From positions 1 to 25,796 of the forward strand of contig CBDDTI010000616.1 in assembly GCA_965233585.1 (NCBI GenBank): a DNA stretch of 25,796 nucleotides, read 5' to 3'. Shown piece by piece: positions 11,107 to 22,235 of this stretch. The position numbers and the translations under genes were made by a program. The notes under the pieces are model-generated. The model saw only the letters and a program-made list of their open reading frames with translations, was not told the origin of the DNA and searched no databases. Each line of letters opens with the position of its first letter. Within the stretch, counting starts at the first letter, position 1. Origin of the DNA: a bacterium. Lineage in GTDB: Bacteria; SAR324; NAC60-12.

Positions 11107-11557
11107 AATTGAGGATGACAGGTTTCTTGATTCGATTTTGGTTTTCGATCTTGAGCTGAAGAAAGAATGTTTGATCTGGAACGATCGTGCACTACAACTT
11201 TGAAACTGATCTCAATGCGAAGCATGGGGCATGTCTTGGACTTGATGCAAACTGTTTTGACCTTGTCTGAAACGGACTGGACTTGACATGCGTTGCAGTT
11301 TGAAAGGTCTAAGATCTTTGACTGGAACATGTAAAGTTTGAGGTGTGGTGTGTGTATCTGATATGTGGGCGGGCCTTGAAGGTCTGTGTGGGTGCCAGGT
11401 AGGCAGGTCTCGTTCTTTCTTGCGTTTCACTGACCTTGCTTGCTCTGGTAGCTACTGTGGAGATCTGTTTGGATTCTTGGCTTAGGCTTTGTGTTGTTCG
11501 GATTCTAAGTAGCGCCGAAGTAAGACTTACGTTTTACTCTCCTCACTTGCTGAAGCC

Positions 11558-12078
11558 ATGGCTGTGTCTAAGAATGCAGCTGGATATAGTGGTTTGACAG
11601 AAGATGAGGAGAAGCAGTTGAAAGCACTGTTGAATAAGGCCGAGCAGGCTCCGAAGGCGTCTGGTCGATCAGCAATGACTGATGCTTCGAAGCGTTGAGG
11701 GGGGAGAGTGATTCGGACTTTGAAGCAGTTGGATCTCCAACTACTCCAAGTGAGCTCTTCCGAAGTGAAGATCGCAAGGAGGTTCCATTGCCAAAGAATT
11801 GCACTCTGAAGGAGTGGTCTCACACGGTTTGCCAGGTTCCGAAAGTCAATATTGAGCCAAAGTGGAACGGAAAGATTTATTCTGAACTGCTTAGGATGGC
11901 TTTTGACGGTGACATTGAGCTGGACAAGTATCTGGGATTCATTTTCAAGAAGTATCACGGGTCCTATGATGGAACTCACAAGTCTCAAGCCGTGGACGTC
12001 GCTGGGTTTCTTCTCTATATGGAGTTTGATCCTGAGGGAGAGTCAGCTGGTTCTTGGAAGAGAGTGGTTAAGCCATGA
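11558..12078 (+). pseudogene. Additional ORF between pol and the 3' LTR (~173 aa, one frameshift near 11695), function unknown
   Basis: ATG at 11558 gives MAVSKNAAG..EEKQLKALLNKAEQ..AMTDASKR. A frameshift leads into ORF 11695-12078 (WSHTVCQVPK..GKIYSELL..DKYLGFI..AVDVAGFL). Confidence 0.65.
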
Positions 12079-12365
12079 TCTCAACGTGACTCCGGTCATC
12101 GATACAGGGGCTTTGCGATTCTGAATGTCTCCAAGGGGACCTGATTTATTGGAAAGGTCTATGTATTGAAACAAAGGTATCTGTCTTCGATTGCAATTTC
12201 TGTTAAACACATGGTGTCGCTCTGGGTTTTTTGTAGTCCAGCTGGAAGAGGATGGGATTAATGTGGCTCCGGCCAACAGCCTTTGATACAGGAGACTTCC
12301 TTTCTGTTAGACACTGAAGACTTTTCGAGTGGGATGTGTCGCTTTGGGTTTGGAAGCAGCACGCC

Positions 12366-12374
12366 GAAAGGGTG
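12366..12374 (+). promoter_or_regulatory. Short polypurine tract GAAAGGGTG
   Basis: Purine-rich run (8 of 9) directly 5' of the 3' LTR. Confidence 0.6.
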
Positions 12375-13365
12375 TGTGAATATATGGTATTGGACCGTCG
12401 TGCTTCTTCACGATGTACGCTGGGATTAGACCGTTTTGCACCTCTATTTGGTACAATAGTTCATTGGATGATGCTTCTTTGATACTGCATTTGACATCGG
12501 TATTCATTGAGATTTTGCACTTTTGATGAGCTGAGAATGTTCTAGAATGGACGGTATTTCATTGGATGCTATTTCGGTGACATTGCGTTTTGACCACTGT
12601 CTTTGCTGGAATTTGCGTTTTCAATGCGACGAGAGTGTTTTCGAGCTTTAGGGATTTAGCCGATTTGACCACAGTTTGTTTGGACCGGTTTTGGAAACAT
12701 TTGAACATTTTCGGAAACGTTCGGAACATTGAAGAAGTATTTCAATCACCTTTGGACCATTTGAAGATGATTTGACATCACGAAGTTGTTCGTCAAATCA
12801 TGCTGTAAAGATTTCTGTGAATATCATCATTGGATGATATGGAAACGGCAAGTTTTGGTGCAACCAATTTTGTCGATGTTGTTTACACAACATCTCCTGT
12901 GAAGCTAAGGTGCTATGGGTGGTTGATTCTTTATTATCCCGTTTGGGGTTTCTCCTTGGTGATGACAAAACACCCCGATGTGGTGCCACTGTCGGCAGGT
13001 GAAAAGGGGTAAGTCTGAGGGGAGAAACCACAAACCTTGGTTTGTTGGTTTCTTGCCTCTGGTTTGTGTTTGGATTGTTAAATCAACCACTTATGGTACC
13101 AACTAGTTACACACTAGGTCGGAATCGTTGATTGTTGCGTAGGATGTTGTCTGAAACAACTTTTGATCTGGAATCCGCAGTTGGTACAGCAGTCTTTTGG
13201 TTTTGAGAAGTCCGTGTGACTTTGTGTTGCTCAACCAGAGAGTGGCTCGAGTAACAAGAGAATTTAAGACACTTGGTTTTGTGCCTTGTGTGACCTGTTT
13301 GTTAACGGCGCGAAAAGGATTTGGAACTCGCTGAGCTGAGTTGAGGGTTCATTAAGATTTTTACA
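12375..13365 (+). repeat. 3' LTR (991 bp)
   Basis: Matches 3097-4086 and is followed by the TSD AAAGA. Confidence 0.96.
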
Positions 13366-13370
13366 AAAGA
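13366..13370 (+). repeat. Target-site duplication (right) AAAGA
   Basis: Same 5-mer as 3092-3096. Confidence 0.9.
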
Positions 13371-13599
13371 GGAGAAGGAGGAGGCGGCCGGCGGAGGGGG
13401 AACCGAGCTAGAATCAAAGATATCGGAAATTGTTTCCAAATTCTTCTCATTTTTGTTCTCATTAATTATATTTGGGTCTATATCCAAAAATGCAAAAATA
13501 AGAAATCCATAACCCTTAACGGTTAAGGATTTGTTATTTTTGTTGTCGTTGGCCTTCTGGGGGCCCAGGTGGACAAGGAATCACAAACCAAAAAAATTA

Positions 13600-15210
13600 C
13601 GATTCATTACATTGTCTTTTTTAAACAAAAAAAAATTACATTAAATAAATTTCAAAAATAATTCAAAATTAAAAATATGTAAATTTATTACTTATTCACC
13701 AAATTTTAAAAAAATAATAAAAAAATAATTCTTTTATTAAAAAAAAAAAATCACAAAAAAAAATAAATTTAAAAAAAAAAAACAATTAAAAATTCAATAT
13801 AACAAAATAAACTATATATAAAGTAAAATTTCAACAATCACCATCCATACTCCTGTTAATTCTCAATATAATATATTTTACATTTCGCAAGGATATACCA
13901 TTATTACATACAATAAAATCAACAACTGCTACCACAATCAAAAAACAATTAGGATTTTCATAATAACCAAAAAAAAACTAACTTTGTTTCAAAAATTACA
14001 TTACAACAATACTATTTCAAATAAAACATTATACAACACACCGCAACCTAACACACAATTTTTCAATCATTAAATTTAGAATTCCGAAAAATACTAGCTA
14101 TTAAATTTAAAAAAATTACAAATAAATAATTTTACACAAAAATTAAAAAACAATTAATTGAAAATAAATAAATTAATTTCCAATAAAATTATATATAAAT
14201 ATATCGAATATTTTAAATATCCGACATAAAAAATATAAAAATATTTAAAAAAATTAAATTAATTATTAAAAAAAATAAAAAAACAAATTCCGATAATATC
14301 GATAAATCAATAAAAAATTTAATTAAAAAAACAAATATGAAAAAAAAGATCAGAGAAAAGAAAAAATCAGAAGAAAATATAGGTATGTGAAAAGATAGGA
14401 AAATCGCGAAAACTTTTATTTTTCTAGTAATTTATAGTTCCGGAGGGTCGAAAAGTAAACTAATTCGCCATCTAGCCAAATCAAAAATAAAAATTGTATT
14501 TCAGGACGGTCCAAATAAATATAAAAATTAAAGTATATAATAGACACCAGGTTCGGACCATTTTTGGAAGTCGCAATCAAAAAGTATGCGCCGGTATAAC
14601 GCAAAGGGTATTTCCAAATAAGATTTATAAAATGCCTCAGGTTCGGGAACACTTTTAGAAATTTAAATTTTAAAAAACTACATATTATTATGAAACAAAA
14701 TATATTTCCAAATTTAAATCCAAAAAATACTTTATTTTTAGACCTCCTTTTACAAATTAAAATATAAAAAAATATATCTTATTAAAAGTCAGAATTTACA
14801 AATATGTATTTTCCTATAATATAACAAATAAATTTATTATAAAATTTAAATATTAATTTTCTAAAAAAAATTAGATTTTAAAATATTAAAATTTCCAGAC
14901 TTATTAAAATAAATTTATATAACAAATATAATATTTCGTATAACCCAGCATTACTTTCACGCAGCAAGCATAATACCTTAAACAAATATAATATAAAAAT
15001 CGCAAATCAAATTAATACGAAGCCATTAATTCTACACTTAATTTTTCATTTTTTAAAAACATCTCGTTAAATTTATTTTGTTTTTAAAACTTTGTTTTTA
15101 ACATTATCAAATTTAAAATTTTAAAAAAGCAGAAATATTGTTTTTTTAATATTATTCAATTCAAAAATAAATAAATTTCATCAAATTACAGTATTTTTGT
15201 CAAAAAAAAA
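13600..15210. other. Extremely AT-rich degenerate tract (duplicated at ~17860-19450)
   Basis: Very few G on the + strand, long A runs and no credible ORF. Confidence 0.8.
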
Positions 15211-15909
15211 TAGATAAATAGATTAGATAGATTAGATAAATTAAATAGATTAAATAGATTAGATAGATTAAATAAATTAGGTAAATTAAATAGATTAAAA
15301 AATTAGACAGATTATATAAATTAGATAAATAAGATAAATTAAATAAATTAGATAAGATTAGATTTAATAAGATAGATTAGATAGAATTAGATTTAATTAA
15401 ATAGATTAGATCAGATTAGGTTAGATAGATTAGACACATTGGATATATTAGATTAATTAAATAGATTAGATAAAATAAATAAATAAATAAGATAGATTAG
15501 TTATATTAAATTAGATTAGATAGGTTAGAATAGATTAGATTAGATTAGGTTAGATTAGGTTAGATAAAGTAACTAGATTTTATAGGATTATATTTGATTA
15601 GATAGAATAGATAGGATTTGATTTAATTAGGTAGATAAGATTGGATTGGATTAGATTAGATAAATAGATGAATTTGTTAGATAGATACATAGATAAATAG
15701 ATAGGTAGATAGATAAATAGATAGATAGATAGAGGGGTAGGTAGATAGAGGGATGGATAGATAGATAGATAGATGGATAGATAGATAATTAGATAGATAG
15801 ATAGAGAGAGAAATAGACAGATAAATAGATAGAGAGAGAAAGAGATAAGATAGTTAGATAGATAGGTAGATAAATATGTAGGTAGATAGGTAGGTGGGTG
15901 GGTAGATAG
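15211..15909. repeat. Compound microsatellite (TTAGA)n to (TAGA)n to (TAGG)n
   Basis: Direct reading of the repeat units. Confidence 0.92.
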
Positions 15910-16020
15910 CCTTCCGGTCCATCAGTGGCTTCGCTCTGCCACGTAACTCACAGTGACCTATTGTTTCTGAAGGTTTCTTATTTCTGAAACTTCCGCCATC
16001 GCCTTGTGCGGTACTATTGG
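15910..16020 (+). repeat. 3' end of a non-autonomous interspersed repeat with a terminal hairpin (duplicate at 20135-20245)
   Basis: Ends aaacttccgccatcgccttgtgcggtactattgg. The same motif family occurs at 23562 and 23883. Confidence 0.6.
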
Positions 16021-16633
16021 CAGTAGTTGTAATAGCTACCTCATACCTAAGTGCTGGATATCGTGTATTTTTGCATAATCAAAGGAAGTTGGGAAGCAAT
16101 ACTTCCGAGTTACGAATGACTTTTACTTGATGGAATTGACTATGATGAAGGGTGGTGCGCGAGACAGACTTGACCTTGATGACGGGTGGTGTGAGCCTTT
16201 GCATTACATGACAATACAGAGTGATGAAGCGTGGCACGCGAGTGAGACTTGACCTTGTCGCTGGGTTTCTTCTCTATATGGAGTTTGATCCTGAGGGAGA
16301 GTCAGCTGGTTCTTGGAAGAGAGTGGTTAAGCCATGATCTCAACGTGACTCCGGTCATCGATACATGGGCTTTGCGATTCTGAATGTCTCCAAGGGGACC
16401 TGATTTATTGGAAAGGTCTATGTATTGAAACAAAGGTATCTGTCTTCGATTGCAATTTCTGTTAAACACATGGTGTCGCTCTGGGTTTTTTGTAGTCCAG
16501 CTGGAAGAGGATGGGATTAATGTGGCTCCGGCCAACAGCCTTTGATACAGGAGACTTCCTTTCTGTTAGACACTGAAGACTTTTCGAGTGGGATGTGTCG
16601 CTTTGGGTTTGGAAGCAGCACGCCGAAAGGGTG

Positions 16634-17624
16634 TGTGAATATATGGTATTGGACCGTCGTGCTTCTTCACGATGTACGCTGGGATTAGACCGTTTTGTAC
16701 CTCTATTTGGTACAATAGTTCATTGGATGATGCTTCTTTGATACTGCATTTGACATCGGTATTCATTGAGATTTTGCACTTTTGATGAGCTGAGAATGTT
16801 CTAGAATGGACGGTATTTCATTGGATGCTATTTCGGTGACATTGCGTTTTGACCACTGTCTTTGCTGGAATTTGCGTTTTCAATGCGACGAGAGTGTTTT
16901 CGAGCTTTAGGGATTTAGCCGATTTGACCACAGTTTGTTTGGACCGGTTTTGGAAACATTTGAACATTTTCGGAAACGTTCGGAACATTGAAAAAGTATT
17001 TCAATCACCTTTGGACCATTTGAAGATGATTTGACATCACGAAGTTGTTCGTCAAATCATGCTGTAAAGATTTCTGTGAATATCATCATTGGATGATATG
17101 GAAACGGCAAGTTTTGGTGCAACCAATTTTGTCGATGTTGTTTACACAACATCTCCTGTGAAGCTAAGGTGCTATGGGTGGTTGATTCTTTATTATCCCG
17201 TTTGGGGTTTCTCCTCGGTGATGACAAAACACCCCGATGTGGTGCCACTGTCGGCAGGTGAAAAGGGGTAAGTCTGAGGGGAGAAACCACAAACCTTGGT
17301 TTGTTGGTTTCTTGCCTCTGGTTTGTGTTTGGATTGTTAAATCAACCACTTATGGTACCAACTAGTTACACACTAGGTCGGAATCGTTGATTGTTGCGTA
17401 GGATGTTGTCTGAAACAACTTTTGATCTGGAATCCGCAGTTGGTACAGCAGTCTTTTGGTTTTGAGAAGTCCGTGTGACTTTGTGTTGCTCAACCAGAGA
17501 GTGGCTCGAGTAACAAGAGAATTTAAGACACTTGGTTTTGTGCCTTGTGTGACCTGTTTGTTAACGGCGCGAAAAGGATTTGGAACTCGCTGAGCTGAGT
17601 TGAGGGTTCATTAAGATTTTTACA
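16634..17624 (+). repeat. Third LTR copy, a duplicate of the 3' LTR with its upstream 3' internal fragment and PPT
   Basis: Only about 3 substitutions relative to 12375-13365. Same downstream flank AAAGAGGAG and same upstream internal sequence. Confidence 0.95.
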
Positions 17625-19450
17625 AAAGAGGAGAAGGAGGAGGCGGCCGGCGGAGGGGGAACCGAGCTAGAATCAAAGATATCGGAAATTGTTTCCAAAT
17701 TCTTCTCATTTTTGTTCTCATTAATTATATTTGGGTCTATATCCAAAAATGCAAAAATAAGAAATCCATAACCCTTAACGGTTAAGGATTTGTTATTTTT
17801 GTTGTCGTTGGCCTTCTGGGGGCCCAGGTGGACAAGGAATCACAGACCAAAAAAATTGCGATTCATTACATTGTCTTTTTTAAACAAAAAAGAATTACAT
17901 TAAATAAATTTCAAAAATAAAAATATGTAAATTTATTACTTATTCACCAAATTTTAAAAAAATAATAAAAAAATAATTCTTTTATTAAAAAAAATCACAA
18001 AAAGAAATAAATTTTACAAAAAAAAAAACAATTAAAAATTCAATATAACAAAATAAACTATATATAAAGTAAAATTTCAACAATCACCATCCATACTCCT
18101 ATTAATTCTCAATATAATATATTTTACATTTCGCAAGGATATACCATTATTACATACAATAAAATCAACAACTGCTACCACAATCAAAAAACAATTAGGA
18201 TTTTCATAATAACCAAAAAAAAACTAACTTTGTTTCAAAAATTACATTACAACAATACTATTTCAAATAAAACATTATACAACACACCGCAACCTAACAC
18301 ACAATTTTTCAATCATTAAATTTAGAATTCCGAAAAATACTAGCTATTAAATTTAAAAAAATTACAAATAAATAATTTTACACAAAAATAAAAAAAATAA
18401 TTAATTAAAAATAAATAAATTAATTTCCAATAAAATTATATATAAATATATCGAATATTTTAAATATCCGACATAAAAAATATAAAAATATTTAAAAAAA
18501 ATTAAATTAATTATTTAAAAAAATAAAAAAACAAATTCCGATAATATCGATAAATCAATAAAAAATTTAATTAAAAAAACAAATATGAAAAAAAAGATCA
18601 GAGAAAAGAAAAAGTCAGAAGAAAATATAGATATGTAAAAAGATAGGAAAATCGCGAAAACTTTTATTTTTCTAGTAATTTATAGTTCCGGAGGGTCGAA
18701 AAGTAAACTAATTCGCCATCTAGCCAAATCAAAATTGTATTTCAGGACGGTCCAAATAAATATAAAAATTAAAGTATATAATAGACACCAGGTTCGGACC
18801 ATTTTTGGAAGTCGCAATCAAAAAGTATGCGCCGGTATAACGCAAAGGGTATTTCCAAATAAGATTTATAAAATGCCTCAAGTTCGGGAACACTTTTAGA
18901 AATTTAAATTTTTAAAAACTACATATTATTATAAAACAAAATATATTTCCAAATTTAAATCCAAAAAATACTTTATTTTTAGATCTCCTTTTACAAATTA
19001 AAATCTAAAAAAATATATCTTATTAAAAGTCAGAATTTACAAATATGTATTTTCCTATAATATAACAAATAAATTTATTATAAAATTTAAATATTAATTT
19101 TTTAAAAAAAATTAAATTTTAAAATATTAAAATTTCCAGACTTATTAAAATAAATTTATATAACAAATATAATATTTCGTATAACCCAGCATTACTTTCA
19201 CGCAGCAAGCATAATACCTTAAACAAATATAATATAAAAATCGCAAATCAAATTAATACGAAGCCATTAATTCTACACTTAATTTTTCATTTTTTAAAAA
19301 CATCTCGTTAAATTTATTTTGTTTTTAAAACTTTATTTTTAACATTATCAAATTTAAAATTTTAAAAAAGCAGAAATATTGTTTTTTTTATATTATTCAA
19401 TTCAAAAATAAATAAATTTCATCAAATTACAGTATTTTTGTAAAAAAAAA

Positions 19451-20134
19451 TAGATAAATAGATTAGATAGATTAGATAAATTAAATAGATTAAATAGATT
19501 AGATAAATTAAATAAATTAGGTAAATTAAATAGATTAAAAAAATTAGACAGATTATATAAATTAGATAAATAAGATAACTTAAATAAATTAGATAAGATT
19601 AGATTTAATAAGATAGATTAGATAGAATTAGATTTAATTAAATAGATTAGATCAGATTAGGTTAAATAGATTAGACACATTGGATATATTAGATTAATTA
19701 AATAGATTAGATAAAATAAATAAATAAGATAGATTAATTATATTAAATTAGATCAGATAGGTTAGAATAAATTAGATTAGATTAGGTTAGATTAGGTTAG
19801 ATAGAGTAACTAGATTTTATAGGATTATATTTAATTAGATAGAATAGATAGGATTTGATTTAATTAGGTAGATAAGATTGGATTGGATTAGATTAGATAA
19901 ATAGATGAATTTGTTAGATAGATACATAGATAGGTAGATAGATAAATAGATAGATAGATAGAGGGGTAGGTAGATAGAGGGATGGATAGATAGATAGATG
20001 GATAGATAGATAATTAGATAGATAGATAGAGAGAGAAATAGACAGATAAATAGATAGAGAGAGAAAGAGATAAGATAGTTAGATAGGTAGATAAATATAT
20101 AGGTAGATAGGTAGGTAGGTGGGTGGGTAGATAG
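19451..20134. repeat. Compound microsatellite (TTAGA)n/(TAGA)n, duplicate copy
   Basis: Copy of 15211-15909 with unit-number differences. Confidence 0.92.
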
Positions 20135-20299
20135 CCTTCCGGTCCATCAGTGGCTTCGCTCTGCCACGTAACTCACAGTGACCTATTGTTTCTGAAGGTT
20201 TCTTATTTCTGAAACTTCCGCCATCGCCTTGTGCGGTACTATTGGCAGTAGTTGTAATAGCTACCTCATACCTAAGTGCTGGATATCGTGTATTTTTGC

Positions 20300-20600
20300 A
20301 TAATCAAAGGAAGTTGGGAAGCAATACTTCCGAGTTACGAATGACTTTTACTTGATGGAATTGACTATGATGAAGGGTGGTGCGCGAGACAGACTTGACC
20401 TTGATGACGGGTGGTGTGAGCCTTTGCATTACATGACAATACAGAGTGATGAAGCGTGGCGCGCGAGTGAGACTTGACCTTGATAAAGGGTGGTGTGAGC
20501 CTGTACAATACAGCAAAGAACTTACTTAGATGAACGGTGGTTGTGACACTTTACACTCAATAACAAAAAATCAGGAAAGAACTGTCTTTTACAATAGAGC
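20300..20600 (+). repeat. Interspersed repeat starting GGAAGT..ACTTCC with short internal gatga..gggtggtg..gacttgacctt units (partial copy at 16075-16257)
   Basis: About five degenerate atga(a/c)gggtggtg(t/c)g units, with gacttgaccttgat twice. Confidence 0.6.
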
Positions 20601-20604
20601 AGGA

Positions 20605-22235
20605 ATATGTGTGTTGCAACCAGTATGCGGTTCTTGAAGCTGTGGTTGCAGATCGTATTGGAATGGCTGCATGAATGATGCATGGGCTGTGTTTTCCGTC
20701 TAAAGTGGCTGCAGCCGACGATGAAAGGTACCTCGTTTGTGCGACGGGTGCGGCTACGGTCGTTTTGTGCGCGAATTGTTCCTCTTATGTGTTTTGCAAC
20801 GAGTGGTTGTGTCTGTGTACGTAGTTCTATGCGGTTTTTGAATCTCTGGTTGCAGATTACATTGGAATGGCTGCTTCATTGTCGTCATTTGATGTTGCCA
20901 CGTGCGTAGATAGGTGCGGGTTTGCCACGGGATGTTGCGAAACGCATTGTAATGGCTGCATGAATGTTGCATGGAGGGGAGGAAGCAGCAGCACCAAACA
21001 TTTAATTTTTCCGTGTAAAATGGCTGCAGCCGACGATGAAAGGTACCTCGGGTGCGGCTGCGGTCGTTTTGTGCGCGAAATTGTTCCTCCTATGTGTTTT
21101 GCAACGAGTCGTTGTGTCTGTGTGCGTAATTCTATGCGGTTCTTGAATCGCTGGTTGTAAAATGCATTGGAATGGCTGCTTCGTTGTCGTCATTTGATGT
21201 TGCCACGTGCGTAGATAGGTACGGGTTTGCCACGGGATGCTGCGAAACGCATTGTAATGGCTGCATGGTTGTTGCATGGGCTATGTTTTGGGGAGGAAGC
21301 CGGGGCACGAAACCTTGTGTTTTTCCGTGTAAAGTGCCTGCAGCCGACGGTGAAAGGTACCTCGTGTGTGCGACGGGTGCGGCTGCGATCGTTTTGTGCG
21401 CGAATTGTTCCTCCTATGTGTTTTGCAACGAGTGGTTGTGTCTGTGTGCGTAATTCTATGCGGTTCTTGAATTTCTGGTTGCAGATTGCATTGGAATGGC
21501 TGCTTCAATGTCGTCATTTGATGTTACCACGTGCGTAGATAGGTGCGGGTTTGCCACGGGATGTTGCGAAACGCATTGTAATGGCTGGATAAATCTTACA
21601 TGGGCTTTGGTCTGGGGAGGAAGCCGGAACACCAAACCTTATGTTTTCTGTATAAAGTGACTGCAGCCGACGATGAAAGGTACCTCGTCTGTGCGACGGG
21701 TGCGGCTACGGTCGTTTTGTGCGCGAATTGTTCCTCCTATGTGTTTTGCAACGAGTCGTTGTGTCTGTGTACGTAGTTCTATGCGGTTCTTAAATCTCTG
21801 GTTGCAAATTGCATTGGAACGGCTACTTCAATGTCGTAATTTAATCTTGCCACGTGCGTAGATAGGTGCGGGTTTGCCACGGGCTGCTGCGAAACGCATT
21901 GTAATTGCTGCATGAATGTTGTATGGTCTATGTTTTGGGGAGGAAGCCGGAGCACGAAACCTTGTGTTTTTCCGTGTAAAGTGGCTGCAGGCGACGATGA
22001 AAGGTACCTCGTGTCTGCGACGGGTGCGGCTGCGGTCGTTTTGTGCGCGAATTGTTCCTCCTATGTGTTTTGCAACGAGTGGTTGTGTCTGTGTGCGTAG
22101 TTCCATGCGGTTCTTCAATCGCTAGTTGCAGATTACATTGGAATGGCTGCTTCATTGTCGTCATTTAATGTTATTATGTCCATAGATAGGTGCAGGTTTG
22201 CTACGGGATGCTGCGAAACGCATTGTAGTGGCTGC
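20605..22235. repeat. ~320-bp tandem repeat, 5 units
   Basis: GATGAAAGGTACC-type anchor with GGTACC at 20727, 21042, 21356, 21679 and 22003 (periods 315, 314, 323, 324). Confidence 0.93.

Larger units (their letters stand above)
3097..13365 (+). mobile_element. Full-length Ty1/copia LTR retrotransposon (10.27 kb), degenerate, with an extra C5-MTase-like domain and an extra 3' ORF
   Basis: Two ~990-bp LTRs starting TGTGAA and ending TTTACA. Identical 5-bp flanks AAAGA (3092-3096 and 13366-13370). PBS at 4087. Domain order zinc knuckles, protease, integrase, RT, RNase H is copia-type. Confidence 0.97.
11998..16256 (+). repeat. Tandem segmental duplication, copy 1 (4259 bp)
   Basis: Near-identical to 16257-20482. 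ORF-track entries recur at offset 4259 (for example 12043 and 16302). Confidence 0.95.
16257..20482 (+). repeat. Tandem segmental duplication, copy 2 (~4226 bp)
   Basis: Starts gtcgctgggtttc like 11998 and ends gacttgaccttg like 16246-16257. Confidence 0.95.

Noticed and set aside
11527..11988. 153-aa minus-strand ORF, and an env gene interpretation of this region
   Set aside because: It is the antisense shadow of the + strand extra ORF. Neither strand shows a signal peptide or transmembrane anchor.
13600..15210. Organellar (mitochondrial/plastid) insertion
   Set aside because: No recognisable gene, tRNA or rRNA fragment. Composition alone is not sufficient evidence.
15211..15909. Telomeric repeat
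   Set aside because: Units are TTAGA/TAGA, not TTAGGG or TTTAGGG, and the array is interstitial.
16634..17624. Independent solo LTR or second insertion
   Set aside because: It carries the same upstream internal sequence and the same ~2.9-kb downstream flank as the 3' LTR, with no new TSD. It is part of the segmental duplication.
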